Source: Lytechinus pictus (taxonomy: Eukaryota). From it: a stretch of DNA of 64,000 bases. Position 1 is the first letter of the stretch. Every line of letters starts with the position of its first letter. The notes beneath the pieces are model-generated. The model did not search any database. It worked only from the letters and a program-made list of their open reading frames with translations, and was not told the origin of the DNA. Of this stretch, positions 24,436 to 35,900 are shown in pieces. The translations under genes and the position numbers were made by a program. The stretch covers positions 28,584,001-28,648,000 of the forward strand of contig NC_087251.1 in the NCBI RefSeq assembly GCF_037042905.1, written 5' to 3'.

Positions 24436-25492
24436 TGTTACACCCACAAATGTAATAATCGCCCACAAATGTAATAACACTTTACCCACAAATGTAATAA
24501 TTTCATCCACAAATGTTATAATGCACTTTATCCACAAATGTAATAATTTTTGATCGCCCACAACTGTAATAATGACTTTACCCACAAATGTAATAAATTT
24601 GAAGGGATTTTTGGCGAATCCGTTCTAAACTAAAATCCTATAGTAATACGTTCATAAAGCACAAAAGTGCAAAGTCTTTTTTCCAGACCCGGTTGTTTCA
24701 AAAATTATAATATAAGTCCAAAGTCTTTTTTCCAGACACGGTTGTTAAAAAATTATAACATAAGTCCAGTCTTTTTTCCAGAGCCGGTTATTAAAAAAAT
24801 TATAATATAAGTCCAAACTAAGATACGATAATTTTTAAGATCTATAGCAAAAAATCAAGCACATGGACCCATGTTAATTTTTGCATATTTGGAATATTCA
24901 GGTGCTAAAGTATATATATGCAAAGTATGGTGAAAATGACGTATAAGTTAAAACTACAACAAAAACATTTATTCCACCAGTTTTAATTAACTGGGTCTGG
25001 AGAAAAGACTAAGCTCGATTTTCATTTTTATTCCACTGGAATATCATTATCGTATCTTAGTTTAGACTTATATCATAATTTTTATAATAACCGTTTCTGG
25101 AAAAAAAACTTTGGACTTATATTATGATTTTTTTTAATAACCGGGTCTGGAAAAAAAGACTTTGGACTTGTATTATAATTTTTGAAACAACCGGGTCTGG
25201 AAAAAGACTTTGGACTTATATTATAATTTTTGAATTAACCGGGTCTGGAAAAAAGACTGCACTTTTGTGCTATATGAACGCATTACTATAGGATTTTAGT
25301 TTAGAACGGATTCGCCGAAAATCCCTTCAAATTTATTACATTTGAGGGTAAAGTCATTATTACATTTGTGGGCGATCAAAAATTATTACATTTGTGGGTA
25401 AAGTGCATTATTACATTTGTGGGTGAAATTATTACATTTGTGGGTAAAGTGTTATTACATTTGTGGGCGTTATTAAATTTGTGGGTGTAACA
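24436..25492. mobile_element. Foldback DNA element with TGT...ACA termini and tandem-repeat arms
   Basis: TGTTACACCCACAAAT...ATTTGTGGGTGTAACA; ~7 CCCACAAATGTAATAA units per arm plus 3-5 TTTTTCCAGACCCGGTT units; C-runs on both flanks. Confidence 0.88.
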
Positions 25493-25740
25493 CCCCCCCC
25501 CCCCCCCCCATTTACCATCTCAAAGTCGCAAATATTGTATACATATAGGCCTTTATGTATTCTCTACAGGCCTATTATAATTCAGTCATGGGAATCAATG
25601 CAAATTACAAGCTTTGATTCTCAGCATTCCCCCCGCATTCCCCTTCATTTTAAAATTTTTTGGGGGCCTATTACTTTGTATGAAAGTTATGTAAGGCCTA
25701 TATGATAATTTGTGTTCACATATAGGCCTTTGTTGAACAT

Positions 25741-25930
25741 GGAAACAAAGTGAAGCGAATGGGCCTACATGAAATTAAATGGGATGGAAAATGCGAAATG
25801 AAATTAAAGAGGGCCTAGCTATATGAAATGAAATAAAGTGAAACCCCGGGAGTGAAACGGAATGAAATGAAATGGATGAAATCTGAAATGGACTCCCGAA
25901 TGGACTATATGAAATGAAAAGAAATGAATT
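25741..25930. repeat. Degenerate (GAAAT)n low-complexity tract
   Basis: Repeated gaaat/tgaaa units. Confidence 0.6.
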
Positions 25931-26216
25931 AGGATGGTGCCAGAATACTGAGCCGTGTGTGGGAAATAGGGCCTACGGCATTAAACAAAATTTTATATAA
26001 ATATCATAGTGTTACACAATCAGGCTCAGATGTCTCCTTTCTATACCCCTTCTCCCTCCCCATTTCTTTGTTGCTATTTGCCCAAACTCGAGAACGCTTA
26101 TTTCGCAATCCACGATCTCGTCAAAACGCACATGGACTTTGTGTTGTTTATGTGCATACATTAAACGAGTCACCACCCCTTCTGTACAAATGTGGATCGC
26201 TCACATGCCCAAAGAA

Positions 26217-26274
26217 GGAAACCAAGTCCCATATTTGGAGGACATGTCGGCCATATTTGGTAGCTTCACTTCCT
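26217..26274 (+). promoter_or_regulatory. SRF proximal promoter: two identical CArG boxes flanked by ETS cores
   Basis: CCATATTTGG at 26229-26238 and 26251-26260; GGAA at 26217-26220; CACTTCCT (=AGGAAGTG) at 26267-26274; ~370 bp upstream of ATG 26629. Confidence 0.8.
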
Positions 26275-26628
26275 TTCTGGTGCGATCAGACTGTTAACAA
26301 TAATTACCGTAAAATATCAATGCGCTTCAAATTTTTTCTTCAAATATAGATGCTAAAATGCATTAATATGAAATAAAAAAGGTAATTTAATGATTTGATA
26401 GTATTTCAGATTGATTCGATTCATATTCTAATCCTATTCGTTTTTTATATGAGTAAGTATATTAATACTGCACATGTATATTTAACAGAGATACAGTTCG
26501 CCGACTTCCTTAATTTATTTGCGATTTCGCAGTCTCCAATTAGACAGAGGAGCTACGGTGGAAAGGATCGTGTTTTAAGTGATTTCGTCGGAGATTTGTG
26601 TAAGAATTATCGCCTCGTGAGTAAGTTC

Positions 26629-26943
26629 ATGATGGAAATGAGTTTTACGAATCTGCACAAGCTGAAAAATGGACTTAGTGACCATGGATCATGTTTACCG
26701 GACAGTGACAGTAGCTCTGTTGGTACGGGCTCCGAGTTAGCGGACCGGGACCATGACATGGATGACCCCGGGCTTGGCCCGGGCTTTACCCAACTCACTC
26801 CCGATGATATGGCAAACCTGGAAAAAGCTGCCAATCGTGGCAAGAAAACAAAAGGAAGGGTAAAGATAAAGATGGAATTCATCGAAAACAAGCTGAGACG
26901 TTACACAACTTTCAGTAAAAGAAAAACTGGAATTATGAAAAAG
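26629..26943 (+). CDS. SRF: SRF exon 1 (N-terminus + first half of MADS box)
   Basis: ...KTGIMKK|gtgaga donor, phase 0. Confidence 0.93.
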
Positions 26944-29900
26944 GTGAGAAAAAAAAAGGATTTTGTAAAGATCTATTCTTAATTTTAACTTAAAGGAGAA
27001 TGAAACCCTTGAAACCAGCTGAATCCATATCAAAGAGAAAAATCAAAGAAACATATTGTTGAAAGTTTGAGGAAGATTGATTGAATAATAAGAAAGTTAT
27101 GAGCATTCGAATATTGAGATCACTAGTGCCATGTAGATCCTCCCAACGACAATGCGACCAAGATCTGTGATATCACACACGTACAACTCCCTCATTACTT
27201 TAGTACTTATTTCACTTATATTCTCACTTTTATAGAGTCTATCACAAGGTGAGGTGTTCTCTTTATGAGATGACAAGTACAGAGGTTCGTACAACATTAT
27301 ATCATTGATGAATCGTTTGTCATATGATTAGAATGAGCAAAAAGAGATGTTTTGGGGTATATTTTCAGTGTCCAAATGGGAGAGTTGTACGTGTGTGACA
27401 TCACAGATCTTGGTCGCATTGCCAATGGGAGGATCTCCATAGCATTAGTGATCTCGACATTCAAATGCTCATAACTCTTTTATTGCTAGTCCTATTTTAC
27501 TCAAAGTTTTGTTGATCTTATTCTTTGATTTTTCTGCTTTCACAAAAGCTAACTTGCTCCAAGAGTTTCATTCTCCTTTAAGTCAGCGTCAGACAAATTA
27601 CAAAATCGCATGAATGAGGAGGGGGGGGGGGGATTAATGAGTTTTTGCATTTTGTTCCAGCCTCACCCAGGCCAAGCGAGTGATATTGTTTGTTAGATCC
27701 ATACTAAATTAGTATAGTTAATAACATTGGTACTTCTTGGTAGACTAAATTATATAACTCACTGTGCGATATGAAAATAGCACTTTTAATAAATTTTATT
27801 TTATGGCTATGCACATAAAAGTCATAAAGAAAAGAAGATGAAAAAGAGTTGCAAATGGACTAATGTCATAATTTTGGCCTGGTAGGTGTTTCATAAAGCT
27901 GTACGTATTAAGTTAAGAGCAACTTTAAGAATGACTGGTGATCCTTTCTTTCGCACTAAAATAATCACCAATGAACATCATTTACCACAAGAAAGGACCA
28001 CCACTGGCACCAGTCGTTGTTAAAGGGCCTGGCAACTGACAAATCATGGAGAAATTGAATCAATACGAAATTTGCAAAAGGCCAATTGACTTGCATAATT
28101 TAATCCGTCCGTCATGAGCGTCCGTCGGACTAATGCGATAAAATTCGGACAGCACACGATGGTTATTTACTTCGGGTCGTCGCAGTTCTAGCTTCCAACA
28201 ATCCCAATTCCTAGACTCATAGCAGGTCTCTTGATTGCTAAAGCAAAATAAATAACCTCTGTGGAGTTACATGTTTCAAAGTGAAAACATGCAGTTTACT
28301 TCTGGTTGGTTAGTCTACTAACTATTGCTCTCCTAAGATTTAGACCTCCCAGACACGCTGGCGTCTATTACGTAACACCCCAGGCATGCAGTCGAGTGAA
28401 AAACTTGAATCCCTTCTCTGTTTTTTTTAGATTAGCCTTGATTTCCCCATGATTTGTCAATGTAAAGTCGCTTTAAAGTCACTCTTAAATTATGAACAAC
28501 TTTATGAAATAGCACCCTGGTGCACATTTATTACAACAGCAAAATCAAATCAATATTTTGCATTTTGTCTAGATCTGTTGATTTGACATGTGTGGAGATG
28601 GGTTAGATAGATCCCATCTTAATATTAATTAGTGTTATTATCATTAGTATTAAATATATTGTTGGCCCAGCTCTACATTTTTGTCTATTTCCTTTTGTGA
28701 AGCATCCAAATGCCGCTTAATTTAGAATTTTTCAGAATCATCGTAATGCTAATGAAGACTAATTTCATGTATTAATGGACACAATCATATTTCAATTCAA
28801 ATCACTATTTTGTATTTTCTGATTATCAATTCAGGCTTATGAATTGTCAACATTGACTGGAACGCAGGTGATGTTGCTGGTTGCCAGTGAGACGGGGCAT
28901 GTCTACACATTTGCCACGCGCAAACTCCAACCTATGATCACGAGTGAAAGTGGAAAAGCCCTTATTCAAACCTGCCTCAATTCCCCTGACATCCCTTCAG
29001 ACAGTCATCACCACAGCCATAACCCAGATCAGCGTATGTGTGCCACTGGCTTTGAAGAGACTGATCTATCATATCAAGTTAGTGACGAGGAAGCTCTCAG
29101 TGGAAAGGTAAACAAACTTTTCTCTTATTTTTATAATCATCTTAAAGTGTAAAAACAACTTTTGTGTGGGGGTTTACATCTATGTGTTACTGCTTTCTGA
29201 TATTTTATCCTATTTTAAAGGCCAATCCCACTCCAAGTTGATATCAAGACAGAGAGAGATGGGGAGTTGGGTTGGGAAAACTCTAAACAAGCATACACAT
29301 GAAGCACTGACATTTTCTACAATTTGACTGTAAAATTAATTAACACTTCATTTTTTTCTAGTTTCTTATTGTAATAACAAAAATGCTCGACTGTTCCTGT
29401 AAAGGGGTACTTAATGCTGAAGAAACTTTTTTGAACAGATAAAAAAAAGAAATCAGACAAACAAAACACTGACAATTTGATCAAAATCAGATGAGGGGTA
29501 ACAAATTTATGACATTTTAAAAGATTTGCATTAGTTTGGTGAAACAGTTAGATTATGCATGGCTTCATGAATATTTAATGAGCCAACTGAAGATATCATA
29601 TCCCCATTTGTTCTTTTGTAGTTTATTGTGTTAAAGGACAAGTCCACCCCAACAAAAAGTTCATTTGAATAAAAAGAGCAAAAATCAAACATGAATAACA
29701 TTGAAAATTTCATCAAAATCGCATGTAAAATAAGAAAGTTATGGCATTTTAAAGTTTCGCTTTATTTCACAAAATAGTTATATGAACATTCCGGTCAGTA
29801 TGCAAATGAGGGGACTGATGACATCACTCACTCACTATTTCTTTTGTATTCTATTATATGAAATACAAAATATTCTAATTTTCTCCTCATTGTCATGTGA

Positions 29901-32900
29901 AACAAAGTTTCATTTCTCCCTGAACAAGTGGAATTACCATTGTTTAACATTTTATGGTTCAGTTAAGTTGGTCCTTATTGTCAAATCTGTAAAAAATGAA
30001 ATATTGTATAATTCAAACAATAAAAAACAAAAGAAATAGTGAGGGACATGACATCAATTCTCTCATTTGTGCATATAACTATTTGGTGAAAAATAAGCAA
30101 AACTTTAGAATGTTGTATTTTTCTTATTTTACATCCAATTTTGATGAAATTTTCAGTATTATGCTCGTCTGATTTTTTTCTATTTATTAAATTCAACATT
30201 TTACTGGGGTGGACTTGACCTTTAAATTGGTGTATTTTTTCAAATTTTGTCCCCAAGATTAAAAAAAAATTGAGTAACAATTTATTTGATGCATTAGATA
30301 TTCATTGAGCACTGCAACTTTAATTTTGTAAGGTTGACATAATTATACACTAATGTATGAAAATAGGAAATAACTATGATTTCCTGTAATAGAATAAGAA
30401 AAAGGAAAGTGGGAATGTGACATCATCAGCCCACCTATTTATGCATATAACTGTTTTCACAAAATATTGCTAAATTTTGAAATTCAATACATGTAACTTC
30501 ATTATTTCTTACCAGATTTTGGTGAAATTTTCAGCTTTTTGCTCTGTGAGATTACTCTATTTATTAAGCTTTAAATTATTTTCAGCCCAGAGTACCCCCT
30601 TAAACATGGGGATACATTACTTCAGGGTCCATGATATTTGTGATATTATAAAAAGCCTTTTTAAATCGAATAATTTGATATTCTAATAAATGAATAAATG
30701 TTAGTTAGTGTATCACCTTTGGCTAGTATACAAATAGCGAATATAGGCATGAGTGCGATGGTGCAAGAGTTTGCATAAGGTGAAAGAAAGATGCTCTATT
30801 CAACGAGGCATTAGCCGAGTCAAATAGAGTGTCTCCTTTTTTCACCAAATGTGAAATGTCACACCGTTGCACAAGTAAGAATATTTGCTATTTGTGTTGT
30901 ACAACGCCTCAGAAGTTAGCGAAAAGTTGAACAACAATTTTTTTTCCTTAGTAAATCTATGAAAATAAGAAAGAAAATTTTGACAGCAAAAGGAAAATCC
31001 TTTCAAACGCGCACTGATCTGCAGCAACAATTGATGTGCATTTCAGCCAGTAAAACGGCCCTGCGTTTATTGCATTTACGTACTAAGCGCATGCAATTGT
31101 TGAATCATATTTTCATAGCGACGTCACCTTTTCCTGACCCGTGCAAGGGTACATGTACATTATGGATGGTAAATTTTGGACGGTACAAATGTTTGACATT
31201 CAGCCTCTCATTTTCTAAGAAGGCATTGTACAATACATGCTCTCATCTTTTTGTTCCTTTTTTCACGTCTTGTCTTTATCTTTATCCCTCCCCTTTCTTT
31301 GTTTCTATTCCTCTTGGTTTTTATAATACTTTCTCTTTATAAGTATGTTTTTGTACTATTGTAGGACTCTGCATACTACATGTATAGACTTGTGCAGATT
31401 TAAAATGATCTGTTTGATGAATTTTGTTTGCAGACTTCTTGTGAGTCAGCTTTAGTCAAGGATAAAAAATCTGTTTAACTTATTGATATGCATTGCAGAC
31501 AAGTTAAATTCACATGAGTGAAATCAAAATTTTAAGGTTGTACTTTAAATGAAAAATTAACAAGAGAAGTAAAAAGTCTTTTTGATTTAGCATGCATTTT
31601 ATTATTATTTTCTCATTCTTTCAAATAGCTTTGCTGCCATGGTGAACTACAGTAATATATCTAAGTATATATAAAAATGTTAATTACCATTATTTTTTAA
31701 TAACATTTGCATTTTTCTTAATTAATAAATATTTAGACCTTGCTTAGTATAAAATCCTTCCAAACGTGTGACTGTCACTATTCCAAGATTAATGACCCCC
31801 CCCCAAAAAAAAAAAATCACAATTAAGATTACATGTACAAAAAAGGAAAAAATTTGATCCTTACATGTACATCATAAATTCACATATTTGCATACATGTA
31901 AATGTACTGTACAACTTATTTACTGTCCTTGCCAGAATGATGCAAATGAGACAAAATGCACTTGAGCACATTCATTTATCAAATTTATATAAGAAATAAA
32001 GTAATCAAATTCAACACAAACAATGATGGTTCTATTTGAATTCCTCCATATTATATCACATATTGAATGAAATAGCATATAAGATAAGGATATTCTTTTT
32101 ATAATTGTTCTGTTAGTTAAACATCAATTTTGAGACATATTAAGCTTGAGCAGTGCCACTGCCCCTTTTTTGAAGGGGGGTCCTTTCCTTATATTGCCAG
32201 TTGTATGAATTCAGAATCTCTGAGGATTCTTTAAATAAACCAATCAAGGTGGCCTTCTTTATGTCAGGGAGACCGCGGAGATATGGGGAACTTTTTTTAT
32301 CGGAAAGAATCTTTGTAACTTTTTTAATATTATATCAAGCTAGCTCATGATCATAATATGTGCTATCGAATCAATATCATGTAGTATTTAGTGATACCAT
32401 GACATTTTGCTATTTCGTGTAATTATGATTTTTGAAAAAGTTCAATTTGGGATAACTTGGGAAACACGGGGTAAAATGGGACATTAAGAAATCATTAAAT
32501 TTTGCACAAGGAGAACTTACACGTGCTGGGGAGAAATGGGACAGCATGGGAGTATTGTTTCCCATTTCTCCCCCTTGGTAACAAAAAAAAATGAAAATGG
32601 CGGCCCCTTTGTCGAACCTGTCTAATATCAAGCAATTTTGTTTTCAGAAGATTGCACACATACAGTACTGAGTTACCAGCTACATGTAGCATAATCAAGG
32701 ATATACCAGATGTAGTAGAAAAAAAAAATGTATCAAAAAAGGGTTTGAAAAATTATTTTGATCATTTTAACTTAATACCTGTTCTGTGTAATGGCTGATA
32801 TCTGTTGTTATCTGTTCCTAGGCACACCTTTTTACTGAAGTGATGTAACTGGTTTGCTGATTGGCTGAGTATTTTTCAAGTTATAAGAGTGTCCAATTTC

Positions 32901-35900
32901 TCTCCGTGTCCCAGTTCTCCCCTATCTCCGCTACTTTTTTGTCGCTGTTTTCAAGAACTATCCCAAGATGAGTTAAGTTGCAAGAGAACATTTTGAGATA
33001 AATGTGTTTAAACTTAAAAAAAAAAGACAACGTACATCTTAGGATTAAAAGATACAAAATAATTTGAGTACATGTACAATTTGGGAAGAATCAAGTGAGA
33101 CTTAATTTGTGACATTAGCATTAAAATATCAAAATAAATATTTTTTTTTTATCATGGAGATTTGCCTCTTCGGGCACTTCATCCTCTGATGTACACATAG
33201 GTTTCTCCTTTTCACATGTATAGATTTCTTTTGTCATGAGACCCCTAATTATTTCATTGAAAACTACCAGTTTCATAACACTGAAACTGTGTAGTATCGG
33301 TGAAACAATTGACATCAGCATCTCAGGGCATGCATAGGCACCATAGACAAAAAAGTATTTTTCATGCCAGATAAGGTTGACTATCATCCATTGACATGTG
33401 TATTGGGTTGGCATGTGCCTTACATGGAGCATGACCCTTTGACCTCCCATCTCCTTGTTTGGATTGTGCCATACCTTATAGGTCCTCTCTTCCCAATTAT
33501 GGCAGGCATGGCATGCGCCTGGCACCAGGTCATGTCCATCAACTGCTTTAGGCACAAGCCACATCTACCATATATGGCATAATGGCATGCAGAGATATTG
33601 TCCCTAATATTGAACAGATGACTTTGTAGCTTGGAGATAACTTTGTAAAAAGTTCTATCAATATCCGAAGAGAAAGTGGAATCTATAACCTACTAATAAA
33701 TGGTCCTTTGTACGTACATGTACATGTAGTGCGTTACTCTAAAAATTACAATTACTGTATGCTATATTATATGCCCTATTATTTTTAGGCTCTAGTCTAA
33801 ATGGCATATTTCAAATTTGCTAATTTTTTTTAATTCCCTTTATTTCATTTACTGGTATGCATTTGGAAGTTCAATATGAGTGGTACAGTAGTCCTGCACT
33901 TTATGTGTGTTTATTATAGCCTCCATGTACACATAATGATATACATGTATGGTAGTTTATTACATAAATAATAATTTTATTACCCCCCCCCATGAACAAT
34001 TTTTCAAAGAAAGTTCTATTGTTGCAGACAAGAATGTGTGAGTCTGACCGTGGTGTTCTTTTTCTTATAAAAGAACAACAATTTCCTACAGACATTTCCT
34101 GTTTAAAATGATCAATTTAAGATACAAAATGAAACAGCAAAATTAGCTGACATGTAAGCACTGAACATTGATCTGTGAAATGACAAATGGAGTTGCAGTT
34201 TGGCATACAGGGGTGGTATTCTGGAACATTGTCATAAATTTTGTCATTTCTATCCGAGAAGTGACACTGCTATTCTGAATGTCACAAATCGGTATTCTGA
34301 ATTCCTTAATAGTTATACAAAGAGACAGAAAGTTGATAAGGATTTTTTTAGGAGAGAGAAAAAAAAGAGGAATCAGTATGTATGGTCTAACTACTTGTAG
34401 CATGAAAAAATGCTTTTGGAAATAGTCATTGATGATGAGTGGATCGTAGTGAAAGGAAACCAAAACCCAAGATGAGAAGCAAACTTATTGGAAAGAGTAA
34501 AATGAGAGGAACAATGTAAAACAAGTTTCATAAAAATCGGTTATAGAATAAGCGAGTTATGGAAGTTTGAAAAGTTTTGTTGTACTTTGAAGCATGTTTG
34601 CCAATTTGAGGATTCCCTTTGTGGACAACCCTCCATTTGTTTTGTACACATATTTTCAGATTTTCCTCTTTATTTTACATATTTCACAACATCTCCTCCT
34701 GACCTTGACATGTGTGGTGTGAATTATATTTTCCCATGTCATATGTTATGCTCAGAATGAGGCAATATGCAATTTTAAAGATAATACCTAATAGGGAAAA
34801 TCTGAAAAATTATGTACAAAACAAATGGAGAGTTGTCCACAAAATTATAAGGCATGTTTTCCAATTTGAAGATCCCCATAGAAAGAACAACAAGACTTTT
34901 TAAGCATTCAAAACTTGCTATTTCACAACCGATTTTGATGAAACTTTTTTTAGATTGTTCCTCTCATTTTACTCTTTCCAATAAGATTGCTTCTCATCTT
35001 GGGTTTTAGTTCCTTTAAACGACAATCTATTCTAAACAATATCATTACATGTACATGTATGTCCTTGACATACTTTGGCATGTTATCGGGATAATACGGT
35101 TCTGAAAGAAATGACAAAATTTATGACTGCTATGTAATTTAAAAATGTAATAACGAGAAATGGTATAGAAATTCCAGGGATTGGCGATGTATGATGGATG
35201 TGGTTTGGTGACTGTGACTTCATTCAGTATTTCCTTGTTTTGTTAGACAGGTAACTGTTTTCTTTCATGGTATTTTGTGTTTTTATTGAACTTTTCCCTT
35301 CTATTTGTTGAAATTCCATTATCAGAGATCAGAAAATTTCCCCAGTGCTATGAAAAACTTTATAGGTTCTTGTGTTATTGTTTTTACCCATGGGACTTTG
35401 AAGATTACAAAATTTAAAGTTATGTGGAATGACCAGTATACACCCTAATAAAACCTCTGTCAGACCTCATAAGAGCACAACACTAAGTTTAAATCCCCAT
35501 TGTTTTGTCAAAACACATGCTTTCATCAAATTTTCCAATTTAGTTCATAAAAAGTACAAAAGTCTGTGGAGGTTATGTATTTATATTGGGGCCCATGTAC
35601 TTAAAAAAAAAACTAGCAATCCCTTTATATTGGAAAAATTATGGTGTGCAAATAATTCAAATTTCAAAACATATCCCATAATTTTGAAATGTGAAAAAAC
35701 CATATTAAGGGTGGGGGAATACATTTGTGGGAAATGGACACAGGATTAATGAATTTATGAATTACAGTCATGCAGGTAAGGTAACAATCTACAGCTTGGA
35801 TTGGTGAAGTACATGAATGGCTAATGGAGACAGGATGGAAAACACCTACATGTATTGTGTAAGCAAGACAAAAGTCTTGGAATCATTATTTCCGTATTGG

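Noticed and set aside
24436..24600. Regularly spaced 16-bp repeats resembling a CRISPR array
   Set aside because: Spacers are only ~3-9 nt, the array is mirrored in the opposite arm of a transposon, the context is eukaryotic and no cas genes are present.
33121..33564. 147-aa minus-strand ORF in SRF intron 2
   Set aside because: No recognisable domain; overlaps the CArG cluster and is explained by locally higher GC.
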